In this document: piece by piece, positions 20,162 through 30,180 of the stretch
How positions within the stretch are numbered: the first letter of the stretch is position 1
How the letters are laid out: each line of letters starts with the position of its first letter
Assembly (NCBI GenBank): GCA_001513105.1
Contig: LFSH01000059.1
Location: forward strand, 11,375 to 75,374
Source of the DNA: Clostridiales bacterium DTU070
Lineage (GTDB): Bacteria; Bacillota; Clostridia; DSM-8532
DNA length: 64,000 bases
Direction of reading: 5' to 3'
Translations under genes and position numbers: made by a program
Notes under the pieces: model-generated
The model's database searches: none
The model's input: only the letters and a program-made list of their open reading frames with translations
What the model was told of the DNA's origin: nothing

Positions 20162-21091
20162 GTGAGTAGAAAGCATTATAAAACCAAAAAGAGGAAAATG
20201 ATTGTAAGCCCTGAAGACAGGCTTATTACCGCAATATCCTATTTTGTATATACCTTGTTTGCCTTTGTATGCTTTTATCCTTTCTACTATATTTTCATAA
20301 ATTCGTTAAGCGCTAATGATTTAAGTGAAAGAGGAAAGGTCCTGTTCTGGATCAAGGGGCTCCATTTTAAGAATTATGTGGATGTTGCAAAGGTTCCCGG
20401 CCTTTTTGATGCATTCAAAATTTCGGTTGCGAGAACGGCAATAGGTACAACTCTTACCGTTGCAACCGCAGCTTTTCTGGGGTACATGTTCACACGTGAG
20501 ACATTATGGAAACGAAAGCTGTGGTACCGCCTGGTTGTAGCAACAATGTACTTTAACGCGGGAATAATTCCCTGGTATATTACCATGCGGAACCTGAACC
20601 TTACGAATAATTTCTGGGGTTATATCCTTCCGAATATAGTGGCTCCTTTTTATATTGTCCTTTGCAAAACCTATGTGGAATCGGTACCGAAAGAACTTCA
20701 GCAGGCTGCGGAAATTGACGGGGCCGGAACATTACGAATCTTTTTCCAGATTATGCTGCCTGTAATAAAACCCATCATGGCAACGGTGGCGATATTCTCC
20801 GCAGTAAACCAGTGGAACTCTTTCCAGGACACCCTGCTGCTGGTGACCGATACGAAACTTTATACCCTGCAGTTTGTTCTTTACCAGTATATAACCCAGG
20901 CAAGTTCACTGAAAGCCCTGGTAAACAGTTCTTCTGCTTCCTCAAGCATGGCGGCGCTCGCCACGGCGCAGACGGCAACATCAATAAGGATGACGGTTAC
21001 AGTTGTGGTTGTAACACCGATAATTCTCGTTTACCCGTATTTTCAGAAGTTTTTTATAAAAGGAATCATGATTGGTGCTGTGAAGGGATGA
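20162..21091 (+). CDS. Oligosaccharide ABC permease (LplC-like)
   Basis: ELQQAAEIDGAG, YPYFQKFFIKGIMIGAVKG terminus. Confidence 0.9.
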   Translation: MSRKHYKTKKRKMIVSPEDRLITAISYFVYTLFAFVCFYPFYYIFINSLSANDLSERGKVLFWIKGLHFKNYVDVAKVPGLFDAFKISVARTAIGTTLTVATAAFLGYMFTRETLWKRKLWYRLVVATMYFNAGIIPWYITMRNLNLTNNFWGYILPNIVAPFYIVLCKTYVESVPKELQQAAEIDGAGTLRIFFQIMLPVIKPIMATVAIFSAVNQWNSFQDTLLLVTDTKLYTLQFVLYQYITQASSLKALVNSSSASSSMAALATAQTATSIRMTVTVVVVTPIILVYPYFQKFFIKGIMIGAVKG

Positions 21092-21149
21092 ATAACAATG
21101 GTTTGGCATTGTTATTTATAGAAGCAAATTAAAGGGGGTATGTTTTGAA

Positions 21150-22907
21150 ATGAAGCTGAAAAAATTTATCTCATTATTTCTGATTGCTGTTATGGTAATG
21201 GCATTGGCAGCCGGATGCGGCCCAACCGAGAGAACGGACGGCGGTACACCTACTCCAGCGCCGACAACATCAGCAAATGAGCCTTCAAAAGGCAAATTTG
21301 ACAAGCTGATAACAATTGATAACTTTAATGTGGCAGCAAACTATCAAGGCGTACAGAGCGGATGGTTTGCTAAGGTTCTGAAAGACAATCTGAACATCGA
21401 ACTCAACATTATTGCTCCGCAGGTAGCCGGCGCAGCTATCTACCAGACCCGTGTAAGCGCAGGCAACCTTGGCGATATAGTGCTTCTTGAACGGTCGGAT
21501 TTCGCAGACTGCGTAGCAAACGGACTTATCAGGGATATCTCCGACAGTATTTACGACTGTCCGAACCTGATGGAATTCAGTGACCAGATTGAAACATACA
21601 ATAAAACAATTCCCGGAAACGAGGAAGGCAAAATCTACGGTATTCCTGTTGAAATGACCAATACTTCCCCAACCTCCTATTCCCAGGATGTAATTTACTC
21701 CAGCCCTATGCTGCGCTGGGATCTTTATTCCGAACTGGGATGCCCTGAAATAGAAGATCTTGACGGTTTATTGGATGTTCTTGAAGAAATGAAGAGAAGA
21801 CATCCAACCAACAAGGACGGGGATCCTGCTTATCCGTTTTCACTGTGGTCCGACTGGGACGGCGGCGACAATATGATGGGTATCGCCAACGTTGTACAGT
21901 TGACTACATGGTATGGCGAAAAGATAAAGCAGTCCATTATTTTAAAACCCGACAATACTTTCACACCTCTTACCGACAAGAATGCCTCATATTACAAGAT
22001 ACTGCAATTCCTGAACAAGGCCCAGAGAAGAGGCCTGGTTGACCCCGATTCAGGTACGCAGAACTGGGATAATATTGTTGCGAAGATGACAAGCGGCCAG
22101 GTTTACCTGATGTGGTACAGCTGGCAGGTCGGTTTCTGGAACTCAACAGAAAGATTGAAGAACGGAACCGCATTCATCTTCATTCCGGTCAAGGACCAGT
22201 ATTATTATGCAGATGCTGACGCTTATTATGGAAGCGGCCGTATAATCGGCGTAGGCTCTTCAGTCAGCGGTGAGAAATACGAAAGAATCATGGCATTCCT
22301 CGACTGGTATGCAAGCCCTGATGCATGCGAATACCAGCATGTTGGTATCAAGGATTTCAACTACTATATCGGTGATGACGGAAGATACTATATTATGAAC
22401 GACAATGCGCTTATGGATAACCTGCCTGTTCCGGCAGAATGGGGCGGCGGCGGATATGATGACGGTTTCAATAAGTTCAACCAGTGGATCGTCAACTCCA
22501 TAAGCACCAATCCGAAAACAGGCGAACCCTATGCCACCAGGTACTGGAGTACATACAAGGAAGAAATGCAGACCCAGATGGATAAGGAATGGCAGGAAAG
22601 ATTCAACGCAAAAGACCCGGTTGATTACATGAAGAAGAACAACAAGCTGTTAATCAGCCCGAATGTTTGCATAACCCTGCCGAGTGACACGCCCGATATT
22701 GCAGTTACACGCAACCAGTGCATGGAAGTATTGAACGACTATTCATGGAGAATGATTTTTGCAAAAGACGATGCTGAGTTTGACGCAATGTGGGATCAAA
22801 TGGTTAAAGAGATGAACGGCCTTGGGTTCCAGGATCTTGTTGAATTTGATACCGAAATATACACCATTGAACTGGAAGCCAAGAAGGCAGCCGCTAAAGT
22901 CAACTAA
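21150..22907 (+). CDS. Extracellular oligosaccharide-binding lipoprotein
   Basis: Lipobox LAAGC, Thr/Pro linker, family-1 SBP features; follows two permeases. Confidence 0.88.
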   Translation: MKLKKFISLFLIAVMVMALAAGCGPTERTDGGTPTPAPTTSANEPSKGKFDKLITIDNFNVAANYQGVQSGWFAKVLKDNLNIELNIIAPQVAGAAIYQTRVSAGNLGDIVLLERSDFADCVANGLIRDISDSIYDCPNLMEFSDQIETYNKTIPGNEEGKIYGIPVEMTNTSPTSYSQDVIYSSPMLRWDLYSELGCPEIEDLDGLLDVLEEMKRRHPTNKDGDPAYPFSLWSDWDGGDNMMGIANVVQLTTWYGEKIKQSIILKPDNTFTPLTDKNASYYKILQFLNKAQRRGLVDPDSGTQNWDNIVAKMTSGQVYLMWYSWQVGFWNSTERLKNGTAFIFIPVKDQYYYADADAYYGSGRIIGVGSSVSGEKYERIMAFLDWYASPDACEYQHVGIKDFNYYIGDDGRYYIMNDNALMDNLPVPAEWGGGGYDDGFNKFNQWIVNSISTNPKTGEPYATRYWSTYKEEMQTQMDKEWQERFNAKDPVDYMKKNNKLLISPNVCITLPSDTPDIAVTRNQCMEVLNDYSWRMIFAKDDAEFDAMWDQMVKEMNGLGFQDLVEFDTEIYTIELEAKKAAAKVN

Positions 22908-22925
22908 TACCTGAAGGTTACCTGT

Positions 22926-22976
22926 TTTAAAAAAGTTTACCCGGAATTCTCAAGTTCCGGGTAAAACTTTTTTAAA
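22926..22976. terminator. Bidirectional terminator between convergent operons
   Basis: tttaaaaaagtttacccggaa / ttccgggtaaaacttttttaaa inverted repeat. Confidence 0.8.
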
Positions 22977-23068
22977 CCCCTCTGAAAATAAGGAAACAGC
23001 CCTGCATAATGATACCGCCGCATCAAGCAGGGCTGTTTTCCAATCTGTGGTTTCTTCCGCTCAGGTTA

Positions 23069-24985
23069 TTATTCCTGGTGCAATCTGCGCGGATCAATAT
23101 TAAACCGGTATCTTCCCGCCTTCTTCACGTTAATGGGTCCTGCCGCCCTGTTGCCTTCGGTTTTCGTCCCGAAATAGTCGGTACATACCTTTTCATCCGC
23201 CTTTACTCCAGGAAGGTCTTCCCTGATGTTCAATTCCATCGTCAGGTTATCACTGTCAATGGAAATTTCAACATCACATTCGCACCCTGTTTTGTCAAAA
23301 CCGCAGAATTCCCTCCATGTTTCCAGGTCCAGGCACATTTCGGGTTCAGGATACATCACCCTGAGGTATCCCGGGGGCATTTTTGCATAAGCATTCCCTT
23401 CGGCTTCATTGTGTTCATTCGGTAAAATGATTGCAGCTTCTCCGCATTCGTAAAACATGTTATTGAAGAACTTGTTTTCCCGTGATGTTCCGCCCCGTTT
23501 CGGCATCAGGCGGAAAGCCACCACTTTTGCAAAAAAACCTGCCTTGTCGCACTTTCCGATCAGGTTGTTAACCATTCTGAGCCTGTCGGTGCCTTCAAGA
23601 TAAATGCCGTATCCGTTCCGGACGGTGTCTTCGGTTGTTTTATACCAGCCTGAAGAACCCGGTTCCGGCTTTATATCACTCTTATTATACCTTCCCTCAA
23701 CATTCCAGATTATATTGTTGTCGATCAGGTTTTCCTTATCACGGGTACACTCGATAAATATATGTTCTCTTGACTCAATGCCGTCTATAAACAGGTTAGA
23801 CGTTATACGGTTGTTCTCATTGCCGACATCCAGCCACAGGGCATCACACCCGTAGCATTCCCTGATGACATTGCGGCGTATCAGCGAATTCACCGAATTA
23901 TGCAGTTTAATGCCGCCTGCCTCCCATGAAAGCTCCATCCTCTGCCATCCGGTTCCTGTTATCAGGTTGTCTTCTATAAGCATGTTTTTGACAAACATAC
24001 CGGCAATTCCGCAGACCCCCGCGTCTTTGATAATGTTTCTCCTGATTATTGTATTTCCGATAACCTGGCCTTCGGGTATTGGATGATGCCAGCATTCGTT
24101 TCCGCAGTCTATTCCCGTTCCGTTTGCCCAGTCTATGATACAGTCTTCTATAATCCAGTGATGCCCGCGGTAACAGGATAGCGAACCCCGTTGCGGAACA
24201 GGGGCGCCTGTAGCGGCATGTGCGAGAGTCAGCCCTTTTACTTTTATGTAACCCAAAAACGGCACTTTCGGTGCAAAACACTGTTCCCTGTTCGTTATTT
24301 CAATTACATGATTTGCCGGATCATCATCCCCGGGCAGGCGGATATGCACTTTCTGCCCGTTCGCCTCCACCCAGTACGTGTTATCGCTTTCACTCAGCAT
24401 GTAATACAGCGGAACCTGTTTCATCGGTTTTCCGTCGACAAACACCATTCCTCTTCTGTTCAGGTAAGGCGTCATGTCTGTTTTGTCGTACTCGATAAAC
24501 AGCCTGTCGTGCAGAATGTTCACGGCACAGAAAGGATTGTAGCCCTTGAAATCCTCGGGGTTTAGCTCTATCTCCCATACCTTGATATCCTTGACTTTTG
24601 ACGGATCATCGCGGAAACTTCTTGTAAGCCTCCACCCTGTACTTGGCTTAAAGTCCTTCACAACAACAGAAGCCTTGATTATAACTTCCTCGCCTTCATA
24701 AGCCTCGTAGCTGATCATTTTCGACGGACCCAGTCCCCCTCTTGCCGGGTGAACGGTTTCGCGGTATGTCCCGCGATGGATCAATACACGCGTACCCGGT
24801 TCTGCCATCTGTGCCGCGGCATTTATTGTCTTCAACGGCCTGTCAATCGTACCGTCATTATCATCCGACGCATCGGGATGATTGTTATTGACATGGATTT
24901 CCCTGTCGTACTCCTGCGGGACTTCCCAGAATTCAAATGTCCGACCGTCGGGAAGAACAGCGGTCAAGTCTGTATTATTCACCAT
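23069..24985 (-). CDS. Right-handed beta-helix protein, divergent GH120 beta-xylosidase-like
   Basis: DGTxxxPLKTINAAA, GTYRE, GxTLAHAAT, GGIKLH, LWLD, IFIE motifs match recalled GH120 XylC features; AGGAGG before MVNN at 24985. Confidence 0.7.
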   Translation of the reverse strand: MVNNTDLTAVLPDGRTFEFWEVPQEYDREIHVNNNHPDASDDNDGTIDRPLKTINAAAQMAEPGTRVLIHRGTYRETVHPARGGLGPSKMISYEAYEGEEVIIKASVVVKDFKPSTGWRLTRSFRDDPSKVKDIKVWEIELNPEDFKGYNPFCAVNILHDRLFIEYDKTDMTPYLNRRGMVFVDGKPMKQVPLYYMLSESDNTYWVEANGQKVHIRLPGDDDPANHVIEITNREQCFAPKVPFLGYIKVKGLTLAHAATGAPVPQRGSLSCYRGHHWIIEDCIIDWANGTGIDCGNECWHHPIPEGQVIGNTIIRRNIIKDAGVCGIAGMFVKNMLIEDNLITGTGWQRMELSWEAGGIKLHNSVNSLIRRNVIRECYGCDALWLDVGNENNRITSNLFIDGIESREHIFIECTRDKENLIDNNIIWNVEGRYNKSDIKPEPGSSGWYKTTEDTVRNGYGIYLEGTDRLRMVNNLIGKCDKAGFFAKVVAFRLMPKRGGTSRENKFFNNMFYECGEAAIILPNEHNEAEGNAYAKMPPGYLRVMYPEPEMCLDLETWREFCGFDKTGCECDVEISIDSDNLTMELNIREDLPGVKADEKVCTDYFGTKTEGNRAAGPINVKKAGRYRFNIDPRRLHQE

Positions 24986-25027
24986 AAAATCCTCCTGACT
25001 TTTCATTTTAGAGCCTTTTAGGCTGAA

Positions 25028-26536
25028 TTACACCAAACCGAAAAATTCTGCAGCATCAAACCCGTCATAGGTATCTGCAAAATCATTGACAGGCAAAATC
25101 TCCAGCATATAAACGTGATTGCACGGAATTGCAAGTTCAACCTCGTAACAGCCATCCTGTTCAAACAGTTTCATACTTGTCTGAAGCGGTTCGGCTGATT
25201 TAAGCAGTATTTCTCTCTGCTGCGCGTTCAAAGAGCGCGGTTTTCCAAGGTTGCTCCATGTCTGCAGGGGATTTGCATGCTCCCCTCCCACCTGTTTTTT
25301 TATAAGAACGGCCTGCTTTCCGAGGGAAGGAAGTGAAAGCACATACCCTTTATCCGCTCCTGCCCCGCCTGTTCTCGTATCATGCCAGTTCCAGCCAATG
25401 ACTGCATACCTTCCGTCATCCTTTGTAACAATTAGGTTTTCATCACGGTACAGCAGCTCCTTCCCGGCTTTCGTGAAGAACTCGAAGGTATGGAATACAG
25501 GTTTCTTTATTGAATCGAAGGCAACAAGACCGAATCCGCCATGAAATACCGATCTTGGAACATCGAACTCCTCGAACACATCGCTGAATGTCCAGTATGA
25601 GTAAGAATCTGCATACTCGCCCGCCTCACTGAGAATCCGTGCAATATAGGCTGCCTGGAATGTTGTGTCGTGGACCGGGCAGACCGGAACATAAGAACTG
25701 TTGAACTCGGTAATGTGAAGAGGCAGATTTGCAATCCGGGGATAATCGGACATTATCTTCCTTGTTTCTTTCAATTCTTCAATCATGAAATTAGGTTCGT
25801 ATATTTCATGATACATGAACTGACCCTTGCGGTTCGGCATTCCAACCGTATAACAATGGCGGGTCACAAAATCCAGCGGCAGGTTGTTATTGATACAATG
25901 CTCAAAAAATGAACGCAGCCATTTTTCTGTTTCAATGCCGCATATTGCAGGTCCTCCGACTTTTATGCGCGGATCAACCTTTTTCACGGCTTTTGCCGAA
26001 TATTCATACAGTTTGAAATACTCTTCCATTGTTCCGGCCCAAAATGCTATATTTGGCTCGTTCCATACCTCCACGGGCCATGTTGTGACCTCTTCCCGCC
26101 CATACCTGTCTATAAGGTGGGTCAGCACGGTTTCGACAAGACCGGCCCATTTCTCATACGAAGCCGGGGGTGTGACATTTCCCTTCCAGTAAAATATTGT
26201 CTGTTCGCCTGATTTCAGTTTTTCGGGCATAAACCCCAGTTCAAGGAAAGGCCTGATACCGTGCTCAAGGTATGAATCCATTATCCGGTCAAGGTATGTA
26301 AAATTGTAATAAATGCGAAGTTCTCCATCCACTTCTTCTTCCCGGTAAATCCCGACATCGTCGCAGAACAGCCCGTGGCCGCGGATATATTTAAAACCGA
26401 TGGATTTCTGAACTATTTTCAGATGATCAATGTACTCTTTCTGCAGAGCCAGCCCAATTCTGCCAGTGCCTACGCAATATGCGGCATTGTTCTTGAAAGG
26501 TTTTCCGTTTGCAGGTATTTTAACTTTTTTTAACAT
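25028..26536 (-). CDS. xynB: GH39 beta-xylosidase (copy 2)
   Basis: WNEPN, HITEFNSSY, YWTFSDVFEE; AGGAGG before MLKKV at 26536; close paralog of 9232-10740. Confidence 0.92.
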   Translation of the reverse strand: MLKKVKIPANGKPFKNNAAYCVGTGRIGLALQKEYIDHLKIVQKSIGFKYIRGHGLFCDDVGIYREEEVDGELRIYYNFTYLDRIMDSYLEHGIRPFLELGFMPEKLKSGEQTIFYWKGNVTPPASYEKWAGLVETVLTHLIDRYGREEVTTWPVEVWNEPNIAFWAGTMEEYFKLYEYSAKAVKKVDPRIKVGGPAICGIETEKWLRSFFEHCINNNLPLDFVTRHCYTVGMPNRKGQFMYHEIYEPNFMIEELKETRKIMSDYPRIANLPLHITEFNSSYVPVCPVHDTTFQAAYIARILSEAGEYADSYSYWTFSDVFEEFDVPRSVFHGGFGLVAFDSIKKPVFHTFEFFTKAGKELLYRDENLIVTKDDGRYAVIGWNWHDTRTGGAGADKGYVLSLPSLGKQAVLIKKQVGGEHANPLQTWSNLGKPRSLNAQQREILLKSAEPLQTSMKLFEQDGCYEVELAIPCNHVYMLEILPVNDFADTYDGFDAAEFFGLV

Positions 26537-26619
26537 TATAAACCTCCTGTGGCATTCTTGCTTTTCAAAAACATATCCCGGGCATCTCCGGTGTAAGTAC
26601 ACCCCAATGCACGCCTGGG

Positions 26620-28095
26620 TTATTCAAGGGTCAAAACAACAACAGACTTCGCCGGCATTTCAATATCAATCCTGCCCTTTTCCTGCCTGAACCCGTAAAA
26701 AGGTTCGGGTTTCACGGAAGATGGGTTTTCAAACGTATTATGCGCGTTCATTTCACCGGCTGTAAGTATTCGCCCGCTGACCTTGCTGAAATCCATGTTC
26801 GCAGTATGGCAGGTTATGAACTCATCCTCAGCAGGATGAAGGTTGCATATCGATATATGTATTTTGCTCTCCTTATCAATTGAAGCCGATGCATTAATCC
26901 GCGGAATTGACTGACCGTCCAGGGTATAGTCGCTGAAGTCCACCGACAGCGATACGAGTTCTGCATCCTGGTGCACCTTGAACATTTCAAATACATGATA
27001 GGTGGGCGTTTTAATCATTTTTTCTCCTTCTGTCAGGATTACGGCCTGAAGTACATTAACGGTCTGTGCCAGGTTCGCCATCCGGACCCTGTCGCAGTGG
27101 TTATTGAATATATTCAGGTGGATTCCCGCCACCAGGGCATCCCGCAGCGTGTTCTGCTGATACAGAAAAGCCGGATTTGTACCCGGTTCAACAGCAAACC
27201 AGGTTCCCCATTCATCAACAATCAACCCGATACGTTTTTCGGGATCATACCTGTCCATTATATGTGAATGCCTTGTTACCAGTTCTTCCATGTAAAGGGC
27301 ATTCTGCATAACAGCAAACCACTCGTTTTCGTTAAAATCGGTTGCCGACCCCTGAACCGACCAGTCCTTCGATACTCTTGTATAATAATGAATGCTCAGC
27401 CCTTCCATCATGTGCCGTGCTTCCCTCATTAAAACCTCTGTCCAGTGATAGTCATCAACAGATGCTCCGCCTGCAATCCTGTAAATTTTATTATCACCGT
27501 AATTCCTGATATAGGTTGCATACCTGCGGTATTCATCGGCATAATACTCTGCACGCATATTTCCGCCGCAGCCCCAGTTCTCGTTTCCTACACCGAAATA
27601 GGTCAGTTTCCAGGGCTCTGACCTTCCGTTCTTTTTTCTTAACTCGGTCATCGGGGATGTTCCGTCAAAGGTTATGTATTCCACCCACTGCTGCATTTCT
27701 TGAACTGTTCCGCTTCCCAGGTTTCCGCAGATATAGGGTTCGGCGCCAATCAATTCGCAAAGCCTTAAAAACTCGTGGGTTCCAAAATGGTTATTTTCAA
27801 CAACCCCGCCCCAGTGGGTGTTAATCATGCTGGGACGTTGTTCATACGGACCGATTCCGTCCATCCAGTGATACGTGTCGGCAAAACAACCGCCCGGCCA
27901 TCGAAGTACCGGGATTTTAATCTCCCGCAAAGCCTCAATAACATCATTGCGAATCCCGTCGGTATTAGGTATCGCCGAGTCCTTCCCCACCCATATTCCT
28001 TCATAAATACACCTTCCAAGATGTTCTGCAAAATGTCCGTAAATATTTTTATTGATTTTTTCCTTTTTCCTTGCATTCAATACAATGTTCGCCAT
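26620..28095 (-). CDS. abf2: GH51 alpha-L-arabinofuranosidase (Abf2/Xsa-like)
   Basis: [38 protein letters not shown]. Confidence 0.92.
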   Translation of the reverse strand: MANIVLNARKKEKINKNIYGHFAEHLGRCIYEGIWVGKDSAIPNTDGIRNDVIEALREIKIPVLRWPGGCFADTYHWMDGIGPYEQRPSMINTHWGGVVENNHFGTHEFLRLCELIGAEPYICGNLGSGTVQEMQQWVEYITFDGTSPMTELRKKNGRSEPWKLTYFGVGNENWGCGGNMRAEYYADEYRRYATYIRNYGDNKIYRIAGGASVDDYHWTEVLMREARHMMEGLSIHYYTRVSKDWSVQGSATDFNENEWFAVMQNALYMEELVTRHSHIMDRYDPEKRIGLIVDEWGTWFAVEPGTNPAFLYQQNTLRDALVAGIHLNIFNNHCDRVRMANLAQTVNVLQAVILTEGEKMIKTPTYHVFEMFKVHQDAELVSLSVDFSDYTLDGQSIPRINASASIDKESKIHISICNLHPAEDEFITCHTANMDFSKVSGRILTAGEMNAHNTFENPSSVKPEPFYGFRQEKGRIDIEMPAKSVVVLTLE

Positions 28096-28276
28096 AGCTC
28101 ATCCTTCTTTCTTTATTGCTTTATTGGATTAATAAATGAAAAACTTGTATCATAGGATCCGTTTCGGAAAAAACACCCCAGAATCCTTTGACCGCTGCAA
28201 AAGCAAAACAGCCGATAATCCGCAGCTGGTAAATGCTTCAGGGTATTTCTTTTTGCACAGTTCGCGAATCAATGAA

Positions 28277-29698
28277 TCATTCGGTACATAGGGTAAAGGA
28301 TCCCAGGCTTGCGCTTCCGGAGCCCCTGTAGGTAAAATACAGTGCCTGTATTCCGTCCAGAATCCGTATGTTTGCCGAATACTCGGTCCATATGTTGGAA
28401 AACTCAACAGGGATTGTACCGAGCACTTCACCGTTCCATGATGTCTTTACCTCAAACTCGCCGCGACAATACCCGCGTACTTTAATTTTTACCGATTTGA
28501 TTCCCCTGCAGTCAAAATACTTGAACCCAGCCGTTGCAGAGTCTTTCATATTAGCTATATAGCCGGTCTCCTCGTCACCGTCCCTGCCGTCCTGGGTAAT
28601 CTTCGGGAACTGGTTATTCATCCATGAACCTGTAAAATCGGTGTAAACCGATTCTTCCCTGCAGAACAGGTTGCATGCAAGGTATGCCGGGTATTCCCCG
28701 CTGCCAGCCAGAGGCTCATCAACAGAACCGCAGGAGGTCATTTCAACCTGCGGAATTGAGCCGTCATCAAGGATTTTTATTTTCTCCATGCAGGCCTGCC
28801 TGCTGAAATTGGTTCCGTTCGTATGCCTGTGATAGAAGATATACCATTCACCGTTAATCTCAACAATGCTTCCATGGTTGTTCCCGCCGTAAAACATCGG
28901 TTTTTCGGCAGGCTTGTATGAATCGATATGAAGATCGCAGTTGCTGACTATTACACCACCGTACCTGAACCCCCTGGTCGGGTGATTGCTTGTGGCATAG
29001 CACAGCTCATGCATCGCAACAGAGGAATATATGAAATAATATGTATCCCCTTTTTTCCTGATGGAAGGTGCCTCGAAAAATTCGTGGCCTTCAAACCCGG
29101 TTCCCTTGCTGTATGGTTCGCTCGGAGCTATGAACACCGGTTCTTCAATCACTGTAAGCATATCAGGCCCGAGGACGGTTGCCATTGCCCCTTTTCTTGA
29201 TTTGTCACCCCTGGCGCAAAAACCGGTATACAGGTAGGTTCTGTCTCCTTCCGTAAGCACGCCGGGGTCAAACTGGGGTTGATCCCCTTCTCTTTCACCA
29301 AGCCGTGTTCCGTCGGGATAATGTACATACCCGTAAAACTCATACTTTCCTGCAGGCGTGTCGCAGACTGCAACCGATACCACCGGGACTTTATCCAGTA
29401 CATAATAAAGATAATATCTGCCGTCAGGTCCGACAGTAACATCAGGTGCATACAGGCACATTCTGCCGTCGGGATTCAGAGGATCATCGGTTTTTCTGTA
29501 AATCACTCCTTCATACCGCCAGTCGGCAAGATTATCAACGGGTGCTGACCAGCATACATAATCGTTCAGACAGTAAACATACCCGTTAAAACGATCATGA
29601 GAGCCGTAAATATAAACTCTTCCGTTAAACACGTAGGGTTCTGCGTCGGGTATGTATTCCCATGACGGCAGATAGGGATTGAACCTTTGTTTTTTCAT
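28277..29698 (-). CDS. GH43 glycoside hydrolase with C-terminal CBM6-like domain
   Basis: NPYLP..IPDAEP, FDPGV, FFEAPS, GNNHGS; C-terminal AGFKYFD..YFTYRGSG; start 29698 fits GGAGG spacing (track 29704). Confidence 0.88.
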   Translation of the reverse strand: MKKQRFNPYLPSWEYIPDAEPYVFNGRVYIYGSHDRFNGYVYCLNDYVCWSAPVDNLADWRYEGVIYRKTDDPLNPDGRMCLYAPDVTVGPDGRYYLYYVLDKVPVVSVAVCDTPAGKYEFYGYVHYPDGTRLGEREGDQPQFDPGVLTEGDRTYLYTGFCARGDKSRKGAMATVLGPDMLTVIEEPVFIAPSEPYSKGTGFEGHEFFEAPSIRKKGDTYYFIYSSVAMHELCYATSNHPTRGFRYGGVIVSNCDLHIDSYKPAEKPMFYGGNNHGSIVEINGEWYIFYHRHTNGTNFSRQACMEKIKILDDGSIPQVEMTSCGSVDEPLAGSGEYPAYLACNLFCREESVYTDFTGSWMNNQFPKITQDGRDGDEETGYIANMKDSATAGFKYFDCRGIKSVKIKVRGYCRGEFEVKTSWNGEVLGTIPVEFSNIWTEYSANIRILDGIQALYFTYRGSGSASLGSFTLCTE

Positions 29699-30015
29699 TG
29701 CCATACCTCCGATTTCCTGAAATAATAAAATATTTTACTGAAACCGTTTTTCCCTTTGCCTTTGACTGATTTTTCCGGCAACACGACCTTCATTAAACGA
29801 TTTAATAAAAATGAGAATTTTTAGCGTATATTATAATTATAATATAAAATTGTTTTTACACAATACTCAAAATACGTAGATTTTCCCCTTTCGCGCGTTA
29901 CATGCAGAATAATCGATAACTCGCTGTATATGCAGGTTTCATTATTTTTATGCATAATATACACTCAGCAATCTGTGCAAATTTTTTCATATAAAACGTT
30001 TTTCGTTTATTCATA

Positions 30016-30094
30016 TTGACAAATCGAAAGTCAATAAAATATAATAAAGCTAAAGACAGCAGCTGTGTTGCCGAGACCACATAAAACCTTTTAC
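30016..30094 (+). promoter_or_regulatory. Sigma-A promoter and operator for ABC operon 2
   Basis: TTGACA (30016-21), 18 bp spacer, TATAAT (30040-45); ATAAAACCTTTTAC at 30081-94 is the reverse complement of the 17684 motif. Confidence 0.65.
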
Positions 30095-30180
30095 TTGTTT
30101 GCAGGGAGGAACTGACAGATAGTGAGGAGGAACCTTTAATAATTTTTTTAATATAAAATTCAATGAAAGGGGATCAAAAC

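Noticed and set aside
30100-30175. Several GGA/SD-like motifs in the SBP leader (possible CsrA sites or leader peptide)
   Set aside because: No start codon at suitable spacing and no supporting structure; too speculative.
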